A DNA stretch of 64,000 nt. Origin: Octopus vulgaris (taxonomy: Eukaryota). The translations under genes and the position numbers were made by a program. The stretch spans positions 1,054,001 through 1,118,000 of the forward strand of contig OX597839.1 in NCBI GenBank assembly GCA_951406725.2. The letters are read 5' to 3'. Under the pieces are notes generated by a model. That model was not told where the DNA came from. It did not search any database and worked only from the letters and a program-made list of their open reading frames with translations. This document shows positions 1 through 13,683 of this stretch, one piece after another. Each line of letters starts with the position of its first letter. Position 1 is the stretch's first letter.

Positions 1-1060
1 ATTAGCCATTCATGGGTAAGGGATTTGTCAACATCGGCATTATTAGCTCTCTTTGGGTTTTCAGTCAGAATATCTAAGGCAGCAGTTTTAGCACGGGTTT
101 TCATGCACTTAGCTTTTTTTCTGCGCTTGTTTCTCGTATGCCTAATTCCGGAATTTGTTGTATATGGAATTCACTTAGATATTTCTTTGCCTATTTTGTT
201 ACTGAGTACGATGCTTTCTTGATTTCATGTTTTGAGACAAGTTTTAACATCCAGTCCTCAGAGTTTTTCAGGTAGGTGTCTAGGCCAGTTGTGGTAATCT
301 TCACTCTTATTGCCAGTTGTAAAAGTCCACGGCCTCCCTCTTTTCTTGGCAGATGTAGTCGTTCTATATCTGCCTTAGGGTGCTGCATTTTATGCATTGT
401 TAACGGTTTTCGTATTTTTCTGTCAAGAATACATATTTCAGTAATTGACCAGTTAACGATATTGAACCTGTAAGTCACGACTGGTAGGGCTAAAGCATTG
501 ATCGCTTCGATCCTGTTTCTCGCATTCAGCTCAGTATTGAGTATTACTCTTACTCTGCGATGACACTCTCTCCTGATCTTTTCCTTTGTCACTGAATGCC
601 TTATTCCGTCCCCTTCAATTACCTCTAGGTATTTGTAGCTCTCCGTTGGGTCTAACTCTTTTATGAAGGTTAACGTTAGATGTTTCGCTTATTTTTCCTT
701 TGATAAAGGTAGCTTTTGCACATTTATCTATGCCAAATTGCATTCTGATGTCATCACCGAATTGTTTAACAATCGCTAGTAAGCTCTTGAGTTGTTGGTC
801 ATTTTTTGCAAAGAGCTTTAAATCATCCATGTAAATGAGATGATTTATATTTTTATCAAATATTTTATAACCGTACTGTGCATCATTAAGTAATTTTGAG
901 AGAGGTATTAAGGCTAAACAAAAGAGGAATGGTGATAGTGAGTCACCCTCGAAAATGCCACGTGAAATGTTTACATCTGCAGCATTTAGAGATTCACTGT
1001 CACTGTTCAAAGTTAGTGTGGTTCTCCATGATCTCATACTATCAATCCAAGGGGGCCTTT
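1..1060 (-). mobile_element. R4/Dong-clade non-LTR retrotransposon, decayed RT fragment
   Basis: Minus-strand peptides RGIFEGDSLSPFLFCLALIPLS, INHLIYMDDLKLFAKND and HPKADIERLHLPRKEGGRGLLQL; frameshift near 615-660. Confidence 0.85.
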
Positions 1061-1069
1061 CGTTGTGTT

Positions 1070-1160
1070 TTATTATTATTATTATTATTATTATCATTAT
1101 TATTATTATTGTTGTTGTTGTTGTTGTTGTTTTTGTTGTTGTTATCATCATCATCATCAA

Positions 1161-1236
<76 letters not shown>

Positions 1237-1245
1237 TTCATTATT

Positions 1246-1283
<38 letters not shown>

Positions 1284-1305
1284 TATTATAATCATTATTA
1301 TTATT
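1070..1305. repeat. Compound (ATT)n/(GTT)n/(ATC)n microsatellite
   Basis: Directly visible. Confidence 0.95.
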
Positions 1306-1661
1306 CAATAGTTTTATTTTTATAACGTGCTTTCACCGCACAAGCGAGCGCAGCTCTGTGTGCCTTGGGTATGTGCTCTGGTTTGCTGTGATGCTCTTAT
1401 GGTTACTGTATTGAAAGTGTTTTACGTAGGATGTGTGCAGTGCCTAGTAGTGCTATTTCCTGTATGTTATATATATTTGTTAATCCTGGTGTTTTTGTTA
1501 TGTATTTGCCTGAATATTTTTTATCATACCTAATGCACCCACCATGATAGGAATTGTTTCTGTTTTTAGACTCCATATTCGAGTTGCCTCTATTTCCATG
1601 TCTTTGTATTTGGAAAGTTTCTCCATTTCTTTTAGAGAAACGTTATCATCTGTTGGTATTG
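1306..1661 (-). mobile_element. R4/Dong 3' end (restriction-like endonuclease C-terminus plus 3'UTR)
   Basis: Minus strand reads SIPTDDNVSLKEMEKLSKYKDMEIE..WSLKTETIPIMVGALG..IQEIALLGTAHILRKTL, stop at 1405-1403; (TAA)n on both flanks. Confidence 0.8.
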
Positions 1662-1706
<45 letters not shown>

Positions 1707-1729
1707 GTTGTTGTTGTTGTTGTGTTTCG

Positions 1730-2259
1730 TAATACTTTGGTTTATATTCCTATTATGTTTTTTATTAATCTTTTTATCAGAATTTTTACTTTTTCAGTTC
1801 TTTTTTATAAGCCTTGTTTGTATCCGTCTCAGTAGTATATATCCATTCATTTTCCCCATCTTTATCTATATTACTCTTATATCTATAGACTTTTTTATAC
1901 ACGGATTTTAAGTTATTTCTTTATTAACCTCATAGTGTGGATCTATGTTCTTTCTTACATTTCAATTTTTCTTTATATCCTGTCTCACTAAATGCTAGGT
2001 TATTATACTCTACGTTTTCTTTGAATATTTCATCGTCTGACGTAACATTTTCAAGGATTTTCTCTCTTATGCTGATATACCAACACCAAACTGCGGCACC
2101 ACGCGACCTTTCGCGACCAATCAGCTTCTAAATGAAAATGGCTGAAGAGTAGCATCGAACTTGAAACTTGGACTATCAACGAACTTAAATCAAACTGTTT
2201 TGAGCCATACATGTAACTCCCAATAATTTTGTTCAATGCTCTTTTGTCTGACCATTCAC

Positions 2260-2260
<1 letters not shown>
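1730..2260 (-). mobile_element. Penelope-like element relic
   Basis: Minus peptide SDDEIFKENVEYNNLAFSETGYKEKLK resembles the PLE thumb/linker; degenerate hammerhead nearby; abuts (TA)n. Confidence 0.5.
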
Positions 2261-2309
<49 letters not shown>

Positions 2310-2484
2310 GAAGGTGTGGAAATGCAATTTTAAAGATGTTTATTCTCTTTTATTAATAGATTGTCAAAATAAAGTGTGAAGCTTTGTATGAGCTTTGTTG
2401 TGTTAAGTACTGGTTATCACAAAAGTATTAAAATACAGATATTTTAATACTTCCACCCGTGCGGTACCTTACAAACTTATTTTG

Positions 2485-2525
<41 letters not shown>

Positions 2526-2570
2526 CATACATACATACATACATACATACATACATACATACATACATAC

Positions 2571-2630
<60 letters not shown>

Positions 2631-2696
2631 GTTTGTGTGTGTGTGCATATGTGTGTGTGAATGTGTTAATCTTTGTTTTACTTTCTTTATTTTCAG

Positions 2697-2810
2697 TTTG
2701 TGGGAGAAACCGGCATTGTTGAATCTGTGTATACTTCAGGCGATATAAAAGTGAATTATAAAAACCCTCGTAACAAAAAGTTGCGCCTTAATCCAGCAGC
2801 TCTGGAAAAG
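2697..2810 (+). CDS. MIB2: MIB2-like gene A exon: second half of Mib (SH3-like) repeat 1
   Basis: tttcag acceptor, gttagt donor, phase 0/0; FVGETGIVESVYTSGDIKVNYKNPRNKKLRLNPAALEK matches the Mib repeat pattern G.TG.V....GD..V......NP.AL.K. Confidence 0.85.
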
Positions 2811-3060
2811 GTTAGTATGTCAGCCTATTCAGACTCATTCCATTGATTTCGCTTCCGTTATCATTTTTCATTTCCGTGTGACTTAGACGTTTGCTCTTGA
2901 TTATACAAGCCAGCGTCAACGAATATTACGTGGATAAATTTGATTTCAAAGGCTTACTTTGACAACAGACTCATACCAACAAATATTCTTCTTTGCTAAG
3001 TTCAACAGTTTAACAATAAGGTTAAACATCTGTGACAAATAATTCTTCTTTTCTGTCTCT

Positions 3061-3103
<43 letters not shown>

Positions 3104-3152
3104 TCCACCGTCTTTATCTTCCTCATGTTCCATTCAAATTTCTTTGATATAG

Positions 3153-3257
3153 ATTAGCCAGTGGAGCGTTAACGATACAGTTAAGATACTTAGTGATGTC
3201 GAGAAAGTTAAAACTTATCAGGAAGATCATGGTGGATGGAATTCAGATATGATATCG
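3153..3257 (+). CDS. MIB2: MIB2-like gene A exon: first half of Mib repeat 2
   Basis: AG...GTGAGT, phase 0/0; ISQWSVNDTVKILSDVEKVKTYQEDHGGWNSDMIS carries the Q..HGGW...M motif. Confidence 0.88.
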
Positions 3258-3909
3258 GTGAGTGAATTTCTTATGCTGTGCTGTCCCAAATTTATCCAGG
3301 CCCATCAAACATAATACAAATTGTCCCACAGTCTGTATGCCCCCATCTACAATGAATATTCTCAGAAGAAATCAACCATTAAACTAAGCGAGTAATTGAA
3401 ATGGATAGAGAATGTCTAAACAATGAGGTCTCAAATCCGATTTTTTATGTATTATAAAAAATGTAAGCAATGATACATACCAACTAATATAAAATTTAAA
3501 TAAAGTTATTATTAAAGAAATAATATAATACTCACAGATATGTGTGTGTGTGATAGTGTATGCCTGATTGTGTATAAGTGTGCATGAGCGCGCATGTGTA
3601 AGTGTACAACATGGAAAAATATCTTCATATAAAATATTGTGCAATATAAATACTTTTATAAAAAATTATCTTTCCGACAATTAGACAATCTCCATATGTG
3701 AGAGGGAAAGAATAATTCTCAAGAGTTGGCAAGGAAATGCATAGGCTTACTGTTGATAGATAAGAGGATAGTAATGGTCATATGTTTCTAGTTCAATTTC
3801 CGTCGTCGGCACGCCACTTGGTTAGATAATAAACATGTATAAAACAAGGATACGACAAGAGTAATATTTCAATGTAGCCAGTGGCATTTATAACATGTAT
3901 AAATGCAAC

Positions 3910-3952
<43 letters not shown>

Positions 3953-4002
3953 CATATATACATATACATATACGTACATACATACATACATACATACATA
4001 CA

Positions 4003-4508
<506 letters not shown>

Positions 4509-4538
4509 CGAATATATACATATATATATACACACATA

Positions 4539-4570
<32 letters not shown>

Positions 4571-4699
4571 ATACTGTTGTAAAACAGAAAAAGACCGAGG
4601 GGACGGGCTACATTAGATCAAGTGTTGTGCTCAGATTAAATAATGCACTCAGTTGCTCCTCGCGGTCAGGAGCGCGATAGCGATACTGCGCAGAATGGC

Positions 4700-5330
4700 C
4701 AGCGACACTCGCTGCAGCAACTGCTCCACCTCGCAGAGATCATTTTCCCAATGGGCCGCCGCTATCTTGATTTTGCGGAGGAAACAGGTAGCACAGGGTC
4801 CGAGAATGTCTTTCGTCTCAATGGCGACCGATTAGATCCTTGTATTTATTGATTTTTCTCTCATCTGCGTTAAGGGCGGCAACTTTCGGGTTTGCAGTCA
4901 ATCCTGCAATGTTGGAACCGGAGCACGTGTTGCTGCATGTCGTGTGCCAGACTATTGATCTTCCTCCCTCGAATGGGAAGAAGGTTATTCAAAGCCCTGA
5001 CTGTTCCTGCGGTTGAAGCCTGCTGGCTCAAGTTGAAACGGGAAACCAATCGTGTCAAGGTCCCTTACAATTACGTTATTTAGAGCGGCGGGTCGGAGTA
5101 TCGTTCCGCGCTAAGGCTACAGGATACTGGATGCAGGTCGAAATGGTTTTTCTCCTGGAATATGTCTTCAGAGTAGAATACATAACACTCATACAGAATA
5201 GTTTTTCTCCTCCACATCTGGAAACAATTCAAGATGCAATTTAACTTTGTGAACAAAGCTTTTCTGAACAGGCTATATCCAGAGAGGAATGAAGGGCGGC
5301 TGGAGGATGAGTGACGTCTTGAAGTATGCC
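4700..5330 (-). mobile_element. Decayed Ty3/Gypsy gag-like fragment
   Basis: Fragmented minus peptides QPPFIP, LVSRFNLS and GRKINSLAHDMQ resemble Gypsy gag. Confidence 0.4.
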
Positions 5331-5647
5331 GAAATGTCAAGGATAAGCAGTGATATATGACCAAGTGCGTTTATCCAAGTTTGTTTGTCCAACTATATAT
5401 TACTATAAAAGGTCAGATAGTGAATACTGGAACACATCTGGTCATGGGCATTCTGAAGTTAAACAGCAACAAGAACAACAATGGTGTCTTGCATTGGTAA
5501 TGGACATTGGCTCTGCCACTAGGGCCGTTAAAGATAAATATTCATATCGTTAATTTAACCCTTTTAAGATGTTCTTATGTCTTTCCATAAGACTTGGGTT
5601 ATGGTTACAGTTTGACCTCATTTAGTATGTTGTTTGTATCTTTGTAG

Positions 5648-5789
5648 GTATTAGGTAAAACTGGTATCATAAAACATGTATTCCCTGACGGCGATTTGGT
5701 TGTATCGGTGTCTGGTAAAATATTTTTATTCAATCCTCTGTGCTGCGAAAGGGTATCCGGAGGTATGTTATCTGAGGAAGAAGACATCG
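5648..5789 (+). CDS. MIB2: MIB2-like gene A exon: second half of Mib repeat 2
   Basis: ctttgtag acceptor, gtaagt donor, phase 0/1; VLGKTGIIKHVFPDGDLVVSVSGKIFLFNPLCCERVSGGMLSEEEDI. Confidence 0.88.
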
Positions 5790-6099
5790 GTAAGTTTTTT
5801 AACTTTTTAGTTTTTCTTCGCACTTTTTATAAATACATGAATGGGGGAACAAGATATATGAATTACTTCTGCGGTTTTTATTTTGATTTCTTGTGAATTC
5901 TTTGATTATACAATACTAAAAGATAACTTGCATTGTAGATTATTATTTTATTATTAGTTACGTAAGCAACGCGGTGAGAACGCAGAATCGTTAGCAATGC
6001 TTCGAAGCATTTCGCCTGTCTTTATGTAGATTTCAAATTCTGCCGAGGTTAACTTCGACTCCATCATGTCGAGTTCGATAAGTACCAGTTATCTTTTGG

Positions 6100-7640
6100 A
6101 AAGCAGAGTTCTGCAATATGCCGATAACTACCAAAGAGATATTGGACGCGATGACGAGCTGTACGAAGGAGAATTCTCCTGGGCTGGATGGTCTGCCTTT
6201 TGAGCTTTATCTTCATATACCAGGCATCTTTGGTGACCTCTTGGCAGATGTCTATCGCAACCGTCAGTTGATCGGAAGAATACCCAGTGCAGTCTGTGAG
6301 CCATCGCTGAGAAAGGAACAGAGCGAGGGAGACAATATAGATACTTTAAGCCCATAATCTACTGAACGCAAATTATAAGATTTTGGCCAAGTTGTTAGCA
6401 TACAGGATGGCATGTGCTGTCGATAAACTGGTCGACGACGCGCAGACATGCACTATTCCAAACATGCACGGCAACGTTCATCTCACGCGTAACATCATAG
6501 AGAAGGTAGGGAAGGAACCTGGTTTGGGTTGAGCTCTGAATAATTTGGATCAGTCAAAAGCTTTTGGTAGGGTCGACCATCAACACTTGGAGGTTGTTCT
6601 CACCGCGGCCAGTTTCGGTTCCATTTTCAGAAACTGGATCGCTGCAATGCACAGCAACATCTTTTCGGTAGTCAAAGTAAATGGACACCTACTTAGTATC
6701 GTTCGTTCGGTCCGTTAAGGAAACCAACTCTCATCTTTTCTATGCGTGCTTGCTCTCGAACCGTTATTAATTAAGATGGCTGTTTCGAGGGACATCCCGT
6801 GTGAAATAGGTTGCAGAAGATTCATGTCGGCTTATGTGGACCACGTACCTGTGATAGAGTCGAACAGCTCGGATATCGAAGTGATCGGCACAACCTAAGC
6901 GAGTACGAATTAATCAAGACAAGTCGGTGAGCCGGCAGCTCGGATATCGAAGTGATCGGCACAACCTAAGCGAGTACGAATTAATCAGGACAAGTCGGTG
7001 AGCCGGCAGCTCGGCATCTGAATAGATAGGTCCATGCCAACCGACTGCGTTGTAGAGCGCTGGACGGAAGGACCAGTTGAAATGCTCGGGGTCTGGATTG
7101 GTTCTGACCCTCAGATGAACCAGAACTATGGGGAGAGGAGTCAAACAGTGCGGCCTGCCTCACCTAAAATTGTGCACTGCAGAAATCGAGCCTGAAGAGC
7201 CGGGGAGATGGTGAATGCGTACATCGCTTCTCTCATCTACTACCACCTGACCCTCGTATATTGCTCTGCTCTGTAGCTGATGAACCTGGAGCACTTGCTC
7301 CTTCAATTTCTTTGAGTGGAGGACTGGGCATGCCATGGCTAATGATGTGCAGACATGCGCTGAAACTGCGATATTTCCAATATGAATCTATTAACTGGTC
7401 TTTCGGGAGGTCTTTTGAAACGGAACCGAGGATAATTTTCAAACATCCCTAGCACAGCAGTTCAACTGTGAGGGTCTGCTCTACAGATACGGAAGTGCTG
7501 TCAGATGGACTTGTCTAATGTGTGAGCAGCGTGATGAAACCGTTCTGCGTGCAGTCATCCAGTGTCCGGGAATTGCTGACTTGTGGAGCTTTGTCGAACG
7601 CACGTAAGATGGATCCAGTTATTGGCCCAGGGATAAAGAG
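6100..7640 (+). mobile_element. L1/Tx1-like LINE ORF2 relic
   Basis: SPGLDGLPFELY, NANYKILAK, LDQSKAF.RVDH, LALEPLL; many stops and frameshifts; 71-bp tandem duplication at 6865-7014. Confidence 0.85.
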
Positions 7641-7812
7641 GAACAACAGCAATAAAAACAATAAAACTTATCTACATCATTCGTTTCCCTTATCTTGATT
7701 TAATATTCTTTATCTTTGTGTTCTTTTTTTCACTGTTCTTCTTAGTTATTTCGCTAAAAACACGTAGGGACCCGTCTTTTTATTGAATATCTCGATAAAT
7801 TTCTCTTTATAG

Positions 7813-7901
7813 AGATGCCGGTACCGTCTCTGAGTATGAATTCTGACTTCACAGACTTATTAAGTTTCTCGCAGGAAGACACAGAAGATTCTGAAATACA
7901 A
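7813..7901 (+). CDS. MIB2: MIB2-like gene A linker exon
   Basis: tttctctttatag acceptor, gtaaga donor; phase 1/0 exactly bridges the phase-1 end of 5648-5789 and the phase-0 start of 11181; (E)MPVPSLSMNSDFTDLLSFSQEDTEDSEIQ. Confidence 0.7.
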
Positions 7902-8282
7902 GTAAGATGTAATTTCTTTATAAGGTACCTTAGAAGAAGTCCACTGCTTCCGTTTGATCTCAACCCGCCTGAAATCACCCTTGTTATGATAAAAAAACTT
8001 TTTTGTTTTTAAGTGATCTAAATAAAGATTATTTTCGATTAGGGAAAAGTTTTCGCATAAAAATAATATCGTGTATAACAAAACGATTTACGGAACGAAT
8101 TGTATATTGTAACTACGAGCGGTATTGCAGGAGGGAGAAAAACCACATTTTCCTTCCTGGTTTCGCTGTCATTCTGCTTATTAAAAGAATATATAGATAA
8201 ATTAAGCAGAAAATTGAGAAATTCTTGACCAACAAATTGACTACTATCAATTATCCTTTTTTAATACGAAACTTCTTTATCC

Positions 8283-8366
8283 CATCTAACAGCCGTTTCT
8301 GATTCCAATAATATTCGTAAATTTCTATAACACATCCGATCTGGAATATAGAGCTTCATCAGAGTG
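8283..8366 (-). ncRNA. Hammerhead ribozyme-like motif, damaged stem II
   Basis: Minus strand: cact-CTGATGA-agctctatattccag...ttggaatca-GAAA-C ggct G-TT-agatg. Confidence 0.5.
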
Positions 8367-8379
8367 AAAAAAATACATA

Positions 8380-8940
8380 TAATAAAAGAAAAGAAAAGAG
8401 CCTCGAAAGGAGGATTAGAGGCTTAATATATTTGAATCATACCGTTTTGCAGTGTAACACTTCCGGTCATTGAGTAAAAGACTAAACTAGAAAATTAATT
8501 GGTGGGTTAATATTTCTTTGGGGATAACAGGGTGTGTAAATAATAAGTAAGATAAGTACTTTAGTATAGCGGGATACGTCTAGGAAAAGAATAGTACTTA
8601 AGATTTCGTCAATAGTACTAAGACCGTTTAGGGGTAGATGGAAATAGAGAAGTAAATAAAAAGTAAAAGTATTGAGGAGCAGTATATGTTATAAGTGGTC
8701 CAAGACCGCTTATGACATTATAAATAAACCAACTAAACATGTAAACAAGCACCTTGCGAAAGAAGGCTCCATGATTAAGGTGGGAGTACCGTTAAGGGGA
8801 GGTAATGTTTAGGGCATTGACCTTCACTTATAGATTAAGCAAAAATCCTCGGGGATTTCACTGCAAGAGTGGGAATTGAAACAGACTATGGGAGAATGTT
8901 ATTAACAAAGAAGGAGTCAAAAACTGCAATGAAAATGAAT
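8380..8940 (-). mobile_element. Penelope-like GIY-YIG region relic
   Basis: Highly decayed minus-strand linker/endonuclease-like peptide scraps; hammerhead at its 3' end. Confidence 0.35.
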
Positions 8941-8959
8941 TCTTGCTCCTTAGGCTGTG

Positions 8960-9780
8960 CGCTGTGTACTCTCCTCATCACCAACCCCCAATTTCAACTC
9001 CCAAATCACTTCAAGACGTTCTAGAAGCACCCCAGGTTGAAACACTATCACCTCTCGATCATCAACTACAGGTAAAATGTTTGCAAGGCTCTGGATCGTT
9101 TCCCAGTCATCGCGGAGGAAGTCCGACCCGAATCACAATGTGTATTTCGATCATCGAGAGGGACAACTGATATGAACTTTTGTGCACGGCAAATACAAGA
9201 AAAGAGTAGAGAAAACATAAACCTCTCTATTTTCGGTTCTACTACCTCGAAAACGCCTTTGATACCGTCCCATCGCCTACAACAATGTGGAAGGTCCTCC
9301 CACATCTCAGTTGTTTCCCTAATACAGGGATTACATGATGCTATGACTAAAACCATCTTTCATCAAAATCAACTGTCTGAAGACTTCCCTAACACGGGAG
9401 GATTAAAACAAGGATACGTTTTGGCCCTGACTCTCTTCTCCCTGTACATCCAGACAATCGAGAAGTCATCATTAGGTACCGATATGATGGCGGAGCATGT
9501 TTCAACTTTGCAAGATTGAAGTTACGAAGACTAACCAGGAGGCAAATGAGTGATATCAGTATGCTGATAACAACGCAGCGGTCTGCCACTCTAGTGAACA
9601 GCTTCAAAAATCGGTGGATAGCTTCACCAATGCTTACACTCGGTTTGGCCTAAAAGTCATTATTAAAAAGACAGAAAACCTGGGGCAACCTGTTCTAAGT
9701 CCTGAAACTCCCGGCCACAACACTACCATCACGGAGAGGCCACTGGAGAAAGTTAACCACATTTCATACCTAAACTTAAA
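8960..9780 (+). mobile_element. RTE-clade LINE RT relic
   Basis: MNFCARQIQEKSRE, GGLKQGYVLALTLFSLY, YADN, FGLKVIIKKTE. Confidence 0.8.
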
Positions 9781-10099
9781 CTTTATTATGTGGTTCATCA
9801 AGGTAGTCTTTATGCTAGCTCCTATTGCATGTACAGTAATTCTTTTCAACTGACGGTTGTTCTCATGGTCCTCTCATGATATAGCCACTACAGCGCTCTG
9901 TGGTGCTTTTCGTCGATGCCGAAGTGATGGTGGGTGGTCTTTCTCTCCCTGACCTGATGGGATAGAAACTACTAAGGTCATGATTGTCTAAGTAATTACA
10001 GTCATATCTCAGTTTAAAGGGGAGGCCCTGTTCCCTCGTGTTGATTTCACGTAACTCTACTTCACTCTCAGATAATCTCAATGCATTTTTCCACAGCAA

Positions 10100-10620
10100 A
10101 ATCTATGTCTATAGATGAGTAGAGTGAAGCTACATCCATACTACCCATTACATAATCAGTGAAGTTGTTGAAGTGGTTTCCACTTGATTCAACTGGGGAG
10201 GTTTGTGCTCACACAGACATGCAGCCACATTTCAATGAATGATCGTAACACCCGTGAGAGGAAGTAGGATAACCAATATGTGCTGGAGATATTCGCTCCA
10301 CTGGCAGGATTGGAGGCCCCCATAACAGGCTTTACATAGGGCTTATGGTCTTTATGCAACCAGTATAACGAAGGAATATCGTTGTTGAATGCTTGGAAAT
10401 TTTGTGCAGTCCGTTTCTTGGACTGGAGTATATTGCACCACACCCCCATGTGTGTGCATTGAGAAGTTTTTCCAGTCTTTCATGTTCCTATGGGGCGACT
10501 TCGATCAAGCTACTGATGTGGGCTGTCTATCGACAGTCTGTAAGACTTGTTCGTAGGAAGTTACATTAATTCCTAATTCGCTCTTTTCGTTTTGTAGTTC
10601 TTTGACAACAGATGAACTGT
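10100..10620 (-). mobile_element. Penelope-like RT relic
   Basis: IPSLYWLHKDHKP...GANISSTYWLSYFLSRVL resembles the PLE RT N-terminal motif (LYGLPKxHK). Confidence 0.6.
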
Positions 10621-11180
10621 GTCATATATAATTTAAGCAAGCATGAACTAAGAGAAGTCATTCAGAGTGGCCTATGCCATACTAATGAATAACATATACA
10701 AATACAGGAATATAAAATAGCATATGGCGTAAATTTTAGATTTATTAACATTATCTCTGCCCCTAGAGGATGTGTCATAATTAATAAGGTGAAATTAAAA
10801 ACAGATCTAGTCGAGAGAGGAGGATAACGTCAAGAAGGAAGAGTTCTCCAGAGTTGACATACCATTAAGACAATGGACAGACATATTGTATAAGAGGAAG
10901 GCTGTAGACACATGTTCCTGCTTTAATAGGCGTACCCTCAGGACTAAGTGTCATTTTAATTTTTTTAATAGCAAGTCAGCTTTGGAGAATTACTTCCTTG
11001 AAATTATCTCTCATTTTTATATCGAGCTAAAATTTCTTAATTACCTTTGGCAGTTAAGACACATCCTGTTAGGCAGAAATAATTCTCATGCTGCCTGGTA
11101 TGTGATATACATGTAATTGTGTATGTAAATGTGTGTGTATACATACATTTATTCTTTATTTTTATTTATTTCAATTTCAG

Positions 11181-11279
11181 GAATTTGACATTGGTGATAC
11201 AGTCATGATAATTGATGATATTCAAAAAGTTAAAGAATATCAGGATGGACATGGTGGGTGGAGTAAAATCATGGAAACG
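11181..11279 (+). CDS. MIB2: MIB2-like gene A exon: first half of Mib repeat 3
   Basis: tttcag acceptor, gtgagt donor, phase 0/0; EFDIGDTVMIIDDIQKVKEYQDGHGGWSKIMET. Confidence 0.9.
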
Positions 11280-11501
11280 GTGAGTATATTTTTAAAATCG
11301 TGCAGAACCAGTTTTGTCATGATTCGGATGTTCTATAATATAAGACTTTCCGCTGGTAATCATTTTGGATTTTATTCGTGATGGTCACAGGTAGAACATC
11401 GAGACATGATATACTATCACACGCACATATACATGCACATTATACATTTAGATGTTAATATGTATGTGTACACAGACGCATATCTATCTATCTGTCTATC
11501 C

Positions 11502-11544
<43 letters not shown>

Positions 11545-11632
11545 CATCTTTCTATCTATCTATCTATCTATCTATATCTATCTATCTATCTATCTATCCA
11601 TCTTTCTATCTATCTATCTATCTATCTATCTA

Positions 11633-11673
<41 letters not shown>

Positions 11674-12249
11674 ATCTAAAATAAGAAGAAACATAGAAAA
11701 CGTAATTAAGCATAACATCTTTATAACTTGTGCTCGATTCCAGCAGGCGATTGGCGAATTTACACAGAGATTGACACGCTTCATTGATATTTGCTGCAAG
11801 ATCTCCAATCACTTTGTGAAAATGTGTCAATCAGTTTGGGAAAACGCGAGTATGTTGTATAAAAATAAAAGGACCAATTATGTTTTCTTCGTTTCTAGAT
11901 ACTGTATAACGTGGTTCTAACTCCACACGCTTGCCAATGCGGCAACATGATGTTTATGTTGAAATGATGGGATATATGGGATCGGAGTGTAGAATTGTTA
12001 ACTTTAAATCTTTTGGTTAGGTGTCATGTTTTTAGCACACTTTAAAATTATTACACACACAAATACATACACAGATATAAACATATAAACACATTAACAC
12101 ATACACTCATATATATAGAGAAACATGCACATAGACGCACACACATGTATATACATGCACGTGCGTGCCTGCGAGAACGCACACTGACATACACACACAC
12201 ACACTCACACTCACGCACACTCTTGACATCCTTGAATTAAAATCACTCC

Positions 12250-13200
12250 AATTGCAACTGTTACAGCTTTTCCCTTTTTATACATTCCTTTACACCATAC
12301 CGCTTAAATTCATATTGGTTTTAACCTTTTGAAATGAGATTAGATTAGACTTATATAAGACACAGCATGTTGTGTAAATTGGAAATGTACTCTTCAGCGA
12401 TTGAAATGTCAAGGTGTATTCGTTCTGTTTGAGGAAAAGAAACATTAAGTGTCCAGACATGCGAACGATGGTTTGGTTAGTTTTTCTCGGGTAAGTTTTC
12501 GTTTGTAGATTCTCTTCAATCTGAACGACCAAATTCTGTCAATATTGAGCTGCTGAAAAACTTAGTTGAAGAAATTCCAAAGAAGCTGCAAGAATATTAG
12601 CAAAACATTTTAAATCACACGTCAGTCATAAATCACTTTCAAGAAACAGAAAATATGTCTCGACTATGTCAGTTAATTCTTTATCTGACTACTTTTCAAA
12701 TTCATCTGTTTCTTACGGAAGTGAGAATTTTCATAAGTAACGAAAAGTGAGTTCTCTAAAATCAACGAAAATGACACCTAACGAAAGAGTAGAATCCGCT
12801 CCCCAAATCATAACTGCACTCGAAAAAAAAAGCTATGCTCTGTGTTTGGTAGTATATGAAATGTGTCGATCATTACGAAGCATTAAAGCAAAACAAATGA
12901 GTTAATGCGGAAACATATTGTAATCAATTAGATGTATAACACATAAATATGCAAGACAAAGCGTCGATCATTGATTATCAACTTTTCTGATCATTGCAAT
13001 ATTATTTTGAGGGGAAACTGCTTAAAGAAATTTAAAATGATATTGAGTGTTTCTTTGCTTCAAATCCTGAAGAATTTTGCACCCGAAAGACCAACAATTT
13101 GACATATAAATGGAATTATGCTATCGATATTTGAGGTAGATAACAATTAGGACCACAGAAGTATTTGTTTCTTTCCCATTTTGAAATGGAAAAAACTTTC
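12250..13200 (+). mobile_element. Tc1/mariner transposase relic
   Basis: Decayed matches to DEKWVLY, LHPKK.MLCVW and VNAETYCNQLD at about 12730-12935. Confidence 0.6.
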
Positions 13201-13621
13201 TTTCCAAACTTTCACACAGACACAAACACCATTGTCAGCAGTTTGTCGTAGGTCGTTATTGACTCTTCTATTCAGGAATAAAATGCCTTTGACGCTGAAT
13301 AATGGAGTAGGCTTCGTCTCCCACCCAGCCATAAACCGCTTCGCTGGGCCTCCACGACAGGTACCAGATAGTGTACAAGAGTGCAACGCGCATGGTCGAC
13401 AATAAGGCTGCTCTTCCTAATCGTTGTCGTATAGTACATGTCATCCGCTTTGCCTCATTAAACTTCGAGCAATTTGTCTAGGATTCATTCACCCCGTCGG
13501 TTACCTAACGTATACCACATTCCTTACACTGTGGGGAGATATAAGTGGTTGCTAGCAACTTCCTGAGGTCCAAGTTCCGTCTATAGACGGAAGGGGTGAC
13601 ATATTGTCTCTTCTGTGTACA

Positions 13622-13682
<61 letters not shown>

Positions 13683-13683
<1 letters not shown>

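Noticed and set aside
2136-2256. Hammerhead as a functional ribozyme (also 19378-19450 minus)
   Set aside because: Stems and CTGANGA are present but the GAAA core is lost; relic only
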